A stretch of 64,000 bases of DNA from an uncultured Alphaproteobacteria bacterium (GTDB lineage: Bacteria > Pseudomonadota > Alphaproteobacteria > Rhizobiales > Beijerinckiaceae). The notes beneath the pieces are model-generated. The model had not been told where the DNA came from. It was given only the letters and a program-made list of their open reading frames with translations, and did not search any database. Below are positions 39,348-49,607 of this stretch, piece after piece. Each line of letters starts with the position of its first letter. Position 1 is the first letter of the stretch. Both the position numbers and the translations under genes were made by a program. Where the stretch lies: positions 2,047,527-2,111,526 of the forward strand of contig OY969936.1 in assembly GCA_963704745.1 (NCBI GenBank), read 5' to 3'.

Positions 39348-41671
39348 TCGCTATAGCCGTATCGCTGATAATTTCCGTGGTAGTAGTAGCTATAGCCTCG
39401 ACCGTCGAAGCGTCCCAACAACCTCAGATTAACTTTATTGAGCACGACTCCGAGCAGATGATCGTAAACCCCTCTTGCCGAGTTCAGAGTCTGTTCGACA
39501 AAATCGATCCTCGTTTTCCCCCACTCAACGACATATATGTAGCTATCGACGAAGCCCGTGGAGGCTCGAACGTCTACAATAGGCATCAACGGCGCCAAAT
39601 CCACGAAGATGTAGTCATAATCGCTGCGCAAGCTCTCAAAGAACGTCCGCATATGTTCCGACGCCAAAATCTCGCTCGAATGGGCCAACCGGCCCTTCAT
39701 AAACACGGGCAGGAATTCCATATCGGTGGCTTCATCCAACCAAATGGTGTCTTCGAGAGTCGATTTCTGCAAGACAACGTCAAGCAAGCCGCTGGTACCG
39801 CCAAGTGCAAAAGAGCGTGACAACGACGGATTCCTAAGGTCGCAATCAACTAGTAATGTCCGGGCCCCCGCGTGCGCCGCTAACCTTGCAACCGCGAGAG
39901 CTATGGTGGATTTTCCTTCACTTGGAATCGATGACGTGAAGCCAATGATCTTGCAGCCAGCCTGCGCCGGGCTTTGATCGACAGTAATTTTGATTGATCG
40001 AATTGCCTCGGTGAAGATCGAGAACGGTGAGTCAACGATCGCCGAATGTACCCCAGGCGCAAACGTAATCGATCCCTGATCTTTCTTAAGAGACTTCGTA
40101 TTGGCGATCTCGGCGCTCCACTCCGAAGCCCTGCTCCCCGCCTTCCCGTGTTTCCCACCCAGAGCCGGAACTAACGCAATGCATTCCGTCTGGAGAATTT
40201 CCTCGACTTGACCGCGAGTCCGAAATACGCGGTCTGCGACCTCGCGCCACGCTCCCACTAAAGTGCCGAGCGCCAGACCGAGGACAGTGGCCAGCCCCAG
40301 CGCAAGCGTTGTTTTTGGGTGGCTCTTGGATGGCGGGCGTGTCGCAGCGGAAACTATCCGGGCATCCGTAATCGGGAACGACTGCTGCTGCACGGATTGC
40401 ATATAACGCTGCAAGAAATTGTCATATAAGGCTTGGTAGGATTCAGCATTAGTCTGGAGCTCGCGGAGAGCAACCTGTGCTTCGTTCGTAACCTGCGATT
40501 GCGATACAGACTTATCGAGCTCCTCCTGGGTGCTATTTTCACGCTGCTTAGCAATTGCATAGTCGCTCTTGTAGGTCTCAGCGATACGCCGCAACTCATT
40601 CCGGATCGAATCCTCGATCTCGCGCATCTGATTGCGCAGATTGACAACCGCAAGGTGATTGATTCCATACTTCGGCACCCAATCTTCTTCACGCGCGGCT
40701 AATGTAAGGTATTGTGTGCGAAGGCTGCTGATCACCGGGTTTTTGAGAACGTCGGTAACTGTGGCATCAACTACCGCTTCTGGAGAATTGCTCGTGAGAA
40801 TCATTTGAATACGATCTAGCCGGGCGCGCATCTCTGCGGTCTGCGCCCGAGCTTGGACGAGTTGGCTGTTGAGCTCAGCCATCTGCTGCTCATTTATCGT
40901 CCGCCCGCCGGCATCGACCATCTCGTGCTTGTTCTTAAAGTCGACGACAGCACGCTCAGCGACCGTGGCCTGCTCTCGCAATTGGCGGAGCCGATCTTGC
41001 AACCACACCGCCGCGCGCTTGAGCGTTTGATATTTGGCGTCGAGTTGATCATCGATATACGCGTCGGCGACAGCGTTTGCGATCCGGGCCGCGCGGTCTG
41101 GGTCGTGCGATTCGAAATTGATTGCGATCAGGTAGGTAAGGCCGATACGCCGGACACTTAAATGACTTCGAAAGATACCCAGAGCCTGACGGGCCTGAGC
41201 ATATTCTGAAGTCGGCTCGCTGGAGCCGAACAGATTGCTGAGAATTCCCATGAGCGAGCTGATCACCCCGCCGCCCGGACCGGAGAACTCAGGATCCTGC
41301 ACGAGGTTGAGTTTCTTGACGACTGCTGCCGCGATCTTCTCGGACTTGAGAATCTCAACTTGGCTCTCAACGGCTCCGGGATCGATCGCGATCGGCAGCT
41401 CCGAACCCTGCTGCTGGAACAGGTGGGCGCCTTGCGTGTCGATAAGGAGGGTCGCGGTGGCGGTGTAGCTCGGCGGCGTCGTGAAGACGTATACGAAGCC
41501 CATCGCAATGATGATCGCGGCGACTACGCCTATCACCGCGTATTGCCGCTGAACGAAAGCCACAGTCGACTGATAGGCAAACCGAAAGGTCTCAGGCGAC
41601 ACCGTTTCAGTCGAGTCGCCGACGCTCCGGACGGACGAAGAGTGTTCAGTCTGGAGCATATAACTATCCAT
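39344..41671 (-). CDS. wzc: Wzc/ExoP polysaccharide co-polymerase, tyrosine autokinase
   Basis: Wzz N-terminal TM, coiled coils, SAATRPPSKSHP + TM2, Walker A SSIPSEGKST, LVDCDLRNP, FVDLAP, C-terminal Tyr cluster YSYYYHGNYQRYGY. Confidence 0.95.
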   Translation of the reverse strand: MDSYMLQTEHSSSVRSVGDSTETVSPETFRFAYQSTVAFVQRQYAVIGVVAAIIIAMGFVYVFTTPPSYTATATLLIDTQGAHLFQQQGSELPIAIDPGAVESQVEILKSEKIAAAVVKKLNLVQDPEFSGPGGGVISSLMGILSNLFGSSEPTSEYAQARQALGIFRSHLSVRRIGLTYLIAINFESHDPDRAARIANAVADAYIDDQLDAKYQTLKRAAVWLQDRLRQLREQATVAERAVVDFKNKHEMVDAGGRTINEQQMAELNSQLVQARAQTAEMRARLDRIQMILTSNSPEAVVDATVTDVLKNPVISSLRTQYLTLAAREEDWVPKYGINHLAVVNLRNQMREIEDSIRNELRRIAETYKSDYAIAKQRENSTQEELDKSVSQSQVTNEAQVALRELQTNAESYQALYDNFLQRYMQSVQQQSFPITDARIVSAATRPPSKSHPKTTLALGLATVLGLALGTLVGAWREVADRVFRTRGQVEEILQTECIALVPALGGKHGKAGSRASEWSAEIANTKSLKKDQGSITFAPGVHSAIVDSPFSIFTEAIRSIKITVDQSPAQAGCKIIGFTSSIPSEGKSTIALAVARLAAHAGARTLLVDCDLRNPSLSRSFALGGTSGLLDVVLQKSTLEDTIWLDEATDMEFLPVFMKGRLAHSSEILASEHMRTFFESLRSDYDYIFVDLAPLMPIVDVRASTGFVDSYIYVVEWGKTRIDFVEQTLNSARGVYDHLLGVVLNKVNLRLLGRFDGRGYSYYYHGNYQRYGYSE

Positions 41672-41869
41672 TTACAAAGGAACTCGACGACGCTGTACAC
41701 AGGCTCAGCGTCAAAATTCTAAAGAATTAAGAGCGAAACTGCAAGTAATTGTTGCGCCGCATTAAAACTGCGGCTCAGTATAATTAAGAGCAACAGGGAG
41801 GATCTTCGCGCGCCCTCGACCCACCAAAAGCATCCGCAGGGCCTTCAAAGATATGGCCTCGAAGGCGGC

Positions 41870-42529
41870 CTAAGGGGTCGACGAACTCACCGCCGAACTC
41901 GGAGTGAAGCTGTTTAACGTGAAGCTATCGACAGTATTGGTCGCTGCAGTATAAAGGTTAAGCGGGCTCCCCGCAAAATATCCTCCGAAGGTCCCCGAGC
42001 TACCGGTCCCCGCTTCACCACCGCCTCCTGTCCCGCCGCCGCCAGCTGCAGCAGTGAGCTGGATGTTACCGCCAATCGCAGCATCAAAGGCCACCAAGGC
42101 CGAAGCACTTTGCGCGGCGACGACCGCCTGCTGGATCAGCGTGGCATAGGCTTGATTGGTCTTAACCGCTTCAACGGCGATCTTGCCGAGCCCGGTGCCG
42201 ATCGCACTCGCCTGTTTCGGATTTGCGCTCTTGAGCAATCCTAGGAGCGCCTGCAGCGTGGCTGGATCGGTCCCGGCGAGCTTGTAAACCTCGTCGATCA
42301 TCTGCGGCCCGCCGTCGGGATATTGCGTCAATAGCGCTGATGGGTTGGCGAGGAATTGCTGGATAGCCTGCGCTGAAAGCGCCAGGTTCGCCGGAATAAC
42401 CGGGGCCGCGACCGCCGAAAGCGGAGCCAGAAAGAAGCTCGCAATTGCTGCCGCTTGGGCCAGTCGCACAAGGCCGTTGGAATTGGAATACCGCACGGGC
42501 ACAATCTCCAAAGAGCTAAACAATAGCAC
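41870..42529 (-). CDS. Exported Ala/Gly-rich hypothetical protein
   Basis: Signal peptide (APLSAVA), helical Ala-rich domain, Gly-rich tail ending SAVSSSTP. Confidence 0.75.
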   Translation of the reverse strand: MLLFSSLEIVPVRYSNSNGLVRLAQAAAIASFFLAPLSAVAAPVIPANLALSAQAIQQFLANPSALLTQYPDGGPQMIDEVYKLAGTDPATLQALLGLLKSANPKQASAIGTGLGKIAVEAVKTNQAYATLIQQAVVAAQSASALVAFDAAIGGNIQLTAAAGGGGTGGGGEAGTGSSGTFGGYFAGSPLNLYTAATNTVDSFTLNSFTPSSAVSSSTP

Positions 42530-42594
42530 CTCTGTGGCCGCCTGCCAATGCCAGGACCCGTCGATCGCTCACCGGCCGATATAGCCAATATAGC

Positions 42595-42984
42595 CTAGGC
42601 TAAAGGGAAGGATTGAGCCAAACCTGCCCCAATTAGGGACAGTACCACAACGGAATAACCCGGGATTTGCAAAGTGAAGTCGATCAGCGAATGCAGCACC
42701 GCCAGCATGGCAACCGCAAGCCCGGCAACCGGCACTAGGGCGCCGCGCCGGCGAATAAGAGCGCCCCGAATTAACAGGGTAAAGATGACAGCCCAGGCCG
42801 CTGTAACGAGCACCGCAATGGGCAGGCCCATATCGCTGGCGATCTCGAGCAGGGTGTTATGGGCCATATCCCAGACGCCCCACATCGAGGCGGTGGGGCT
42901 TCGATAAGCCGGAAATGCGTAGGCGAAAGTGCCCTGCCCTGTCCCAAGCCAGGGGTGGTTGGCTCGAAGGTGAATCGGCTTTGG
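42595..42984 (-). pseudogene. 3' fragment of a second O-antigen ligase/Wzy-like gene
   Basis: HPWLGTGQGTFAYAFPAYR...AHNTLLEIASDMGLP...LHSLIDFTLQIPG; in-frame stop just upstream (42985-42987) and no N-terminal half. Confidence 0.8.
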
Positions 42985-43118
42985 TCATTCTGCCATCCGC
43001 TCGTCCCGCCGACCGTTGGCTTCGACCAACTCGCGAAACCATCGCCCTCGTTCTGCGCTAAGGCAAAACAAGTGGATGTCGCCAAGCAAATTACTGCAAG
43101 CGTGACCCGAAACATCAC
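42985..43118 (-). pseudogene. 5' fragment of an exported-protein gene joined to the ligase fragment
   Basis: MMFRVTLAVICLATSTCFALAQNEG signal peptide, then the frame runs out of register into ligase sequence. Confidence 0.5.
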
Positions 43119-43468
43119 AAGCCCACTAAAATATTACCTATCGCAGCAATATTCATGCCATGTTTTACGTAACTTAACTTATCTCAGAATTTGAAGAAAA
43201 TCAATCTTAACATCGACCATGTTGAGAAGGCTTCTTCGCCGCGGAAATCCTCGACTTCAGAAAGGTTGGCGTCTTGCCTTACGCGAAGGTTGCTGTCTGT
43301 TCCTAGTCCTGAGCAAGCCGAGCGCCCGTTGGATCTGGGCGCAAAGCGATTCCAGGCGTAGGCTAATATTGCATGCGGTCGCGGATGACCTACCTACCGG
43401 AACATGGACAGATATCCCGTTTTGACACACGAGAACTTGAACGCGGCCATAGAACCCAGAACCGCTCG

Positions 43469-44212
43469 ATGAAACCCTTTGCGTCTCGCCTCAAGTGGTA
43501 TATCGCCCGGCTTTCAGCGATGGACGCTCCCGAAATCGCTCATCGTCTAAGCGAGGCGGTTAAGAAGGCAGGCGCGCGGCGTATGACTGTCGGATGGAGC
43601 GACTTCTCAGTTCCTGGTTCGCTGCGCACGAACGCTTCGATTGGCGCCCTTTGCACCTTTGGCACAATAGATTCGCATGTCGCAGCAATCATCGCCACTG
43701 AAGCGGCGGCGGTCCGTGTGGGACGCCTTGCGCTACTTGGCGCTCGGTGGCCGAAACCGTTTGCAATGCCTCCCCCTGAAGATTTTTGGCATCTTGATCC
43801 AGTAGATAGTGAGGCTTGGCCCAGCCAGTCCTATTGCTTCGACGTTCCCTTTCGCCATGGCGTCAAAACCCGCGAGATCAAGCGCGTTTGGGAAATCAAC
43901 CGCCTCCAATTCCTTCCTCCCCTAGCCCTTGATGCGGTCATTCATAATAGCGAGGAGGACCGAGAGCTCGTCGTCGGCATCGTCAAATCCTGGATGGCGG
44001 GCAACCCGCCTTTTCAAGGTGTGAACTGGATATCGCCGATCGAACTTGCCCTGCGTGTCATTTCGGTGGCTGTTTCTGTCTCTGTCCTCGGCACTCACAA
44101 TCTCGACCCCGACGTTCAGAAACAACTCTTCAGCTTTTTTCGGCCCATGCATTTTGGATCGCGCGCTTTCCGTCCCTCCATTCCTCGGCAAATAACCATC
44201 GCGTTGCCGAAA
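43469..44212 (+). pseudogene. Heparinase II/III-family gene, frameshifted and truncated
   Basis: VWEINRLQFL, SWMAGNP..GVNWISPIELALR; adding one T to the T6 run at 44135-44140 restores FSAHAFWIARFPSLHSSANNHRVAE, where the gene breaks off. Confidence 0.8.
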
Positions 44213-44258
44213 CGTCAGTGAGATAGTCCTGCGGATCTATCTCGTTCAATCTCGCCGT
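44211..44258 (-). mobile_element. IS66-family transposase C-terminal remnant
   Basis: TARLNEIDPQDYLTDV resembles the IS66 TnpC C-terminal motif TAKLN.(I/L)DP..(Y/W)L.DV; lies at the heparinase breakpoint. Only 16 codons. Confidence 0.6.
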
Positions 44259-44324
44259 ATTGACATCCCGGTCTTTGCCGATACTTTCAGGGCCATTTGA
44301 AAATGAGGGGGAGTCATGAGGTGA

Positions 44325-44642
44325 TTGGTGGGACCCCGGCCGCATGCCATCGCTCACGATAACCAATTTGGCATATTGATTGCCGAATATGCGTTTTGCC
44401 AGCACGTCAAACCCGGAATTACCGGGTTAGCGGAGGTGAAAGGCTGCCGCGGTGGGACCAGCAGCCTTGAGGACCTGAAACGGCGGATCGATTACGATCT
44501 CTGGTACGTCAACAATTGGAGCTTTTTGCTCGACCTGCAGATCTTGGCGCGGACGCTGGTTGCGACAATTCTTGCCCGAAACGCCTATTGGGAGCCAACC
44601 GGAATTCCTATGGATTGTGAATACCTCCATGCAGTTCTCTAA
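44325..44642 (+). pseudogene. 3' fragment of a WcaJ-like undecaprenyl-phosphate sugar phosphotransferase
   Basis: LVGPRPHAIAHD...HVKPGITGLAEVKGCRG...RRIDYDLWYVNNWSFLLDLQIL...NAY; no start or N-terminal part. Confidence 0.85.
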
Positions 44643-44799
44643 TTCCTGACGGCTACCCCTACCTAACTGAAAGGGCCAGCCATTGACGATTTTCTCATAT
44701 CAATGGGGGAAATTCCGAAGGCTCGTAAACAGGTCAACGCAGTTCAGTTCAACAGCTCATCTGCGTGCGCACAAGGGAAAAGACGGGACGCGTCTTAAA

Positions 44800-45651
44800 A
44801 TGACAGATGCTCGATTGCCACCTATCCCTGCGCGGTCCAGCCAATTCTTGTTGGAACACGTTCCTGTTGCCGCTCCTTGCCGTTCCGCCGCCCTAATCGA
44901 AGGGTTGCCTATCAGCTTAACGCCCCACGAGGAAGTCCTGGCCGAGATCGACTATACTATCGCGATTCGCGAAGTGGGACATTACATCTCGATCACGAAT
45001 ACGGAATTTATGTACCACGGGCTCCGCATTCCGGCGCATGGCGAATATATTCGCAATGCAGATTTTTCGTTGTGCGACGGGGTCGGCGTTATCATCGCCG
45101 GCTGGGCTTGGGGGCACCGCATCCGTCGCTTTAACGGTCCCGTGCTGCAGCTCGAGTGCTCCCGTTATGGAATCACTAAAGGTTGGCGGCACTTCTTCTA
45201 TGGTGGCAAGGAGGGGGTCGCCGAGGAAATGGCCCGACAGTTGAAGGTCATGTTTCCAGGCTTAATTGTATGCGGCATCATCCAACCGCCTTTCCGTGAG
45301 TTAACTTCGGAGGAAGAGGAAGGCATGATCCAACAGATAAACGCCAGTCGGCCTGATATCGTCTGGGTCGGATTAGGTCTCCTTAAGCAGGAGCGCTGGA
45401 TCGCCAAGCACCTGGGATGCATCGAAGCGCCATGGATGGTAGGTGTGGGGGCAGCGTTCGACTACCACGCTGGCGTCGTACCTTGGGCACCGCCAGTGTT
45501 GCGGGCCCTCGGCTTGGAGTGGCTGTTCCGCCTGATCATACAGCCGCGCCTTCGCGCAAAGCGCTACTGCTGGTCGGCAGTCTATGTTGTGCAGAGCTTC
45601 GTCCGCGGACTTGTTACGGCTCAATTTCTACGCAAACCCAAGACATGCTGA
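44800..45651 (+). CDS. WecB/TagA/CpsF family glycosyltransferase
   Basis: ADFSLCDGVG, RFNGP, FFYGGKEG, PPFR, IVWVGLGLLKQERW, VGVGAAFD, GLEWLFRL; start estimated at ATG 44800. Confidence 0.92.
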   Translation: MTDARLPPIPARSSQFLLEHVPVAAPCRSAALIEGLPISLTPHEEVLAEIDYTIAIREVGHYISITNTEFMYHGLRIPAHGEYIRNADFSLCDGVGVIIAGWAWGHRIRRFNGPVLQLECSRYGITKGWRHFFYGGKEGVAEEMARQLKVMFPGLIVCGIIQPPFRELTSEEEEGMIQQINASRPDIVWVGLGLLKQERWIAKHLGCIEAPWMVGVGAAFDYHAGVVPWAPPVLRALGLEWLFRLIIQPRLRAKRYCWSAVYVVQSFVRGLVTAQFLRKPKTC

Positions 45652-45725
45652 AAAGTTATTCTACTTGGCAGCTACGCTGCCACGTTCGGAAGCCATCTTA
45701 ATTCCAGAATACTTCCCCAATTGCT

Positions 45726-46889
45726 TTGTTGGAGGTGGTTAAGTTGGTTCGCGTCGCTGTTGTCGGGCTGGGCAAGATGGGAATATCTCATCTGGCCATC
45801 ATCAAACCCCATCCGGACGTCGATTTGGTCGCAGTGTGCGATACCACTGCATACCTGCTCGACATCCTTGAAAAATTCGCGTTCGTCAAAACTTACACGG
45901 ATCATCGTAAGCTGCTCGCGAGCGAAAAGCTGGACGCTGTACTTATCGCGACGCCGTCGCGATTTCACGCCAGTCTAGTTCAGGCCGCATTGGATGCAAA
46001 CGTGCATGTCTTTTGCGAAAAACCTTTTTGTCTCGATGCGGCCGAAGGCTTGCGGCTTGCCGACCTCGCCGAAAGCAAAAATCTGGTAAATCAAGTGGGA
46101 TATCACTATCGATTTGCCGGCGTTTTCCACGAGGTGAAGCGTCTTCTTGATCTCCAAATCCTCGGCCGATTGCATCATGTGCGGGCTGAAGCATATGGCC
46201 CGGTGGTCCTCCGACCCAAGGGCGTGACTTGGCGTGCGATGAAGTCTGAAGGTGGGGGCTGTTTATACGATTATGCATCTCATGCAATTGATCTAGTGAA
46301 TTACTTTGTTGGGCGACCCGGAGCGGTGGGCGGTACTGTGCTCAATCGGGTGTTCTCCTCCGATGTGGAGGACGAGGTCTATTCAAGCTTGTATTTTCCA
46401 AATGGCATGACGGGTCAAATCGCCGCGAATTGGAGTGACGAAAGTCATCGCAAGATGTCGACAAAAATCACCATCTGGGGAACGAACGGAAAGATCGTTG
46501 CCGACCGACAAGAGTTGCAAGTCTATCTTCGCGACGATGCTCCGATTCCCGAGGGGTTCAACTCGGGATGGAACATCCGCTATACGACCGATCTGACGGA
46601 CGGGGTGGGATTCTATCTTCGCGGTGAAGAATATTCGGCCCAACTCGACCACTTTATCGGGGCGGTCAAAATACAGCAACTCGACACTCGGAGTACATTC
46701 CGTTCGGCAGCCGATGCTGACTTGGTAGCGGCCGCCATGGTTCGAGATGCCAGCGTTCGAGATGCCAGCGGCGGCGCAAATGCAAGGGTGTCCACAGAAC
46801 TTGAGGCCGAGCAAATGCGAGAGAAGACAAAGTGGTGGAATTCGCTAAGGCGGTCTTGGGGATCGACTGCCATCATGCCTCCACGATAG
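45726..46889 (+). CDS. Gfo/Idh/MocA family oxidoreductase
   Basis: VAVVGLGKMG, IATPSRFH, VFCEKP, QVGYHYRF, GGGCLYDYASHAID. Confidence 0.92.
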   Translation: MLEVVKLVRVAVVGLGKMGISHLAIIKPHPDVDLVAVCDTTAYLLDILEKFAFVKTYTDHRKLLASEKLDAVLIATPSRFHASLVQAALDANVHVFCEKPFCLDAAEGLRLADLAESKNLVNQVGYHYRFAGVFHEVKRLLDLQILGRLHHVRAEAYGPVVLRPKGVTWRAMKSEGGGCLYDYASHAIDLVNYFVGRPGAVGGTVLNRVFSSDVEDEVYSSLYFPNGMTGQIAANWSDESHRKMSTKITIWGTNGKIVADRQELQVYLRDDAPIPEGFNSGWNIRYTTDLTDGVGFYLRGEEYSAQLDHFIGAVKIQQLDTRSTFRSAADADLVAAAMVRDASVRDASGGANARVSTELEAEQMREKTKWWNSLRRSWGSTAIMPPR

Positions 46890-46899
46890 GATTACTGCC

Positions 46900-47778
46900 G
46901 TGCCCATGGAAAGAGTGCTATTCGGCGACAATCAGTTCTTTGGCATAAATCATATGTCGGAAGAACGGGCCCGCGCCCAGGCAATGAAGTTTCAGAACCT
47001 CCAGGCGGTCATTGAGGTGCTCGATGCCGCCTACGATGAGGGCATTAAGGTCTTCATGTGCACGACGCATGAGCGCATTGCCGAGGTGTGCGATCACGTG
47101 CGCGCCTATTCGGACCGGTATAGGGACTTTCAGTTCTATCCTTGCATGCCCTATGCACATAAATACGCGAACGCCGTTACCGAACACGGAATACTGGGGG
47201 CCCTTAAGTCGTTCCTCCCAGAGGAAGGGGCGATCGGTGCCCTCCTTCGCGGTGGGATGTCGCTCGCGCGAAAGGACGTGGAGGGCCCAGCCACCTTGCT
47301 GATCGACGCCGAAATGAAGATGTTCAACGGTCTGAAAACGCCGGTGATCTTTTTGCAAAATATTGTGACCGATCTGATCTTGGGCTTGGGAGCGAAAGAC
47401 GTGTTCCGAATATTCGCCGACCATGTGAAAAACCGCTACGGCGCGGAACCGGGCTTCATTACGATGAACATGCCTCGCTTGCTTGACGCACTGGATGCAT
47501 GCGGCATCGACAATCCCATCATCTGTGCCAATATTAACAAGATTGGTTTTCGCATGTGCGGTGGGATTAGCGCCTACGAGCAGGCGATCAAAACCAGGCG
47601 ATTCCGGCCGGTCGCCATGTCCGTGCTGGGTTCCGGCGCGATCTCCCCTCGCGAAGCGGTCGAGTACGTCTGTAACCAGCCGAAGATAGAATCCATTGTG
47701 TTCGGGGCTTCAAGCCGAGCCAACATCCGGCAGACAAAGGCATTAATCGACGAGATGACTTCGCGCAGTGCTTGTTGA
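46900..47778 (+). CDS. Hypothetical protein, aldo/keto-reductase-like barrel suspected
   Basis: 292-aa ORF 10 nt after the oxidoreductase; VLFGDNQFFGINH, GAEPGFITMN, NINKIGFRM, AMSVLGSG, SIVFGASS. Confidence 0.75.
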   Translation: MPMERVLFGDNQFFGINHMSEERARAQAMKFQNLQAVIEVLDAAYDEGIKVFMCTTHERIAEVCDHVRAYSDRYRDFQFYPCMPYAHKYANAVTEHGILGALKSFLPEEGAIGALLRGGMSLARKDVEGPATLLIDAEMKMFNGLKTPVIFLQNIVTDLILGLGAKDVFRIFADHVKNRYGAEPGFITMNMPRLLDALDACGIDNPIICANINKIGFRMCGGISAYEQAIKTRRFRPVAMSVLGSGAISPREAVEYVCNQPKIESIVFGASSRANIRQTKALIDEMTSRSAC

Positions 47779-47798
47779 CACGACATAGGATACAGAGT

Positions 47799-48370
47799 TC
47801 GATACGATTCGTTCGTTGCAATTGAGATATCGGCGGTCTTGAAAGTCATCCTTTCAGCGAGGAGCAAAAGTCTCCAAAAAGGCCGCGCCGGCTAAATTTT
47901 GCCTCGTAAAGCTCCGGGCAGAGATCATGATGGTCGAAGATCAAGCTCTTGCGGCCGAGGCCTTTGAAAATCAGCCCGACGATAAAAATCAAGTCGGGAG
48001 GATTGCAGGCATGAATGACTTCAAAGCCGGTCTGTTTAGCGACTTTCAAAGCTAGGACGAGCTGCCAGAACAGTGCGAGTCCATATTCCAAGACATAGCC
48101 GATGGCTCCGTTGGCATCATGCGAAATACCATGACGGTGCACATAAATGCCATCAATGATTTCATGGGATGATTCATACTCGGGCGCTTTAGGGCTGATA
48201 ACTGACACTGTATATCCGGCATCGCGCAAGGTGGTTGCCTCAGACCAGACGCGCCGATCAAATGGAACCGGAAGGTTCTCGACAATGATCAGTGCTCGGC
48301 TGCCCGCCCGCGACACAACAGCATCAACCAAAGCTAATTGGGCATTGTCGTTCGCCATCATCGGCTCCAC
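47799..48370 (-). pseudogene. 5' fragment of a GT4 glycosyltransferase, frameshifted
   Basis: IIVENLPVPFDRRVWSEA...IHACNPPD...FDHHDLCPELY; adding one base at the A5 run 47876-47880 gives GLFWRLLLLAERMTFKTADISIATNESYR, then homology stops. Confidence 0.82.
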
Positions 48371-48488
48371 GCCTTAACAAGCCTTCGATCTGAGATCTCG
48401 CGGTATATTTTGGGCATTCGGTTCCTTCGGCACTCAAAAAGCCTCCCCTCTTGACGCTACTCTAACGCGTCAGTGGCGCTACTTCAGC

Positions 48489-49607
48489 TCACAACTCAAC
48501 AATTCTCTCTCCGCTCGCTGACTCCGCGACGCCACAAGACCTCACCGCAGCAACAATCCCGTCGGCAGCCGCATCGTAATTATATTCCTGGACCTTCGCC
48601 AAAGCATTTTTGCAAAATGTGTCCAGCAAAGCGCGGTCGGTCAACAGCCTGCAGACATGCTGACACCAAACTTCTGGATCTAGCTCAAGAACAAAGCCAT
48701 TAAAGCCATCGAGAATAAGATCGCCGGCAGCCCCCGCATTCGAACATGTAATGACGGGAACCCCCGCCGCGCAGGCTTCGTTGGCGACCACCCCCCACGG
48801 ATCGAGTAGCGTGGGGAACAGAAACACCCGCGTTGACGCGTAGTAGTATGGAAGTTCGTTTTGAGAGAGGTATCCCGCGTAATCGAAGTCTATCCCGCTA
48901 CTCCGCAGGACATCCAATACTTCCTCGCGCTGCGGTCCATCTCCCATCAACAATACGCGCATGTCCGGCTTCTTGCCTTTCAGAAGCTTCGCGACCTCGG
49001 CAAAAAAAAGCGGCATTTTGCGTTCGATGAATTGTCCGGAGAACGCTATGTCATATTTCTTCGGCGTCACTCCGGCATACTTTCTGTAGGTGTCGTTGTT
49101 CGCGCATAGATGACTCTGAAACAAAGCGGCTTCCGGGCAGCCGTAATGACGGAACCAATCGAGGCCGTGACGACCTGGACTAAGAAACGCACATGAATGC
49201 CGATAGACGAGCTTCCGGACCAGAACGTGGACAAATGTCAAATTCGATTCTGATCGCATCCATCCGTCATGAAAGATAATGTGCTTTCGTTTTTTCACAA
49301 CACACCAAAGAAACGCAAACAAAAATGTTGGGTTAAACCCTGTCGTAATGACAATTCTGGGATCCAACTCATCCAAAGCCGGCCACACGTCGAAATTGAT
49401 GTGAATGAACCTGTCACTCAACGCAACGAATGCTTCCCGCAGAAATGTGCTGCCATAAGCGCCAAGCTCGACGTCCCACAATCGATTGGGCTCCCGACGG
49501 TGACAATAAATTACATGATAATCGCCGTTCAGATCGTTGGACACGCGCTCATGAATCTTCTCGCGGTAGGGAACCGGCATATTCGACACGCAAACCACGG
49601 TCTTCAT
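48489..49607 (-). CDS. Glycosyltransferase family 4
   Basis: SNMPVPYR, FSGQFIERK, FLFPTLLDPWGVVANEACAAGVPVI, GDLILDGFNG. Confidence 0.9.
   Translation of the reverse strand: MKTVVCVSNMPVPYREKIHERVSNDLNGDYHVIYCHRREPNRLWDVELGAYGSTFLREAFVALSDRFIHINFDVWPALDELDPRIVITTGFNPTFLFAFLWCVVKKRKHIIFHDGWMRSESNLTFVHVLVRKLVYRHSCAFLSPGRHGLDWFRHYGCPEAALFQSHLCANNDTYRKYAGVTPKKYDIAFSGQFIERKMPLFFAEVAKLLKGKKPDMRVLLMGDGPQREEVLDVLRSSGIDFDYAGYLSQNELPYYYASTRVFLFPTLLDPWGVVANEACAAGVPVITCSNAGAAGDLILDGFNGFVLELDPEVWCQHVCRLLTDRALLDTFCKNALAKVQEYNYDAAADGIVAAVRSCGVAESASGERIVEL

Noticed and set aside
46740-46769. 15-bp tandem duplication (VRDAS x2) in the oxidoreductase tail
   Set aside because: In frame, in a variable C-terminus; ordinary slippage.
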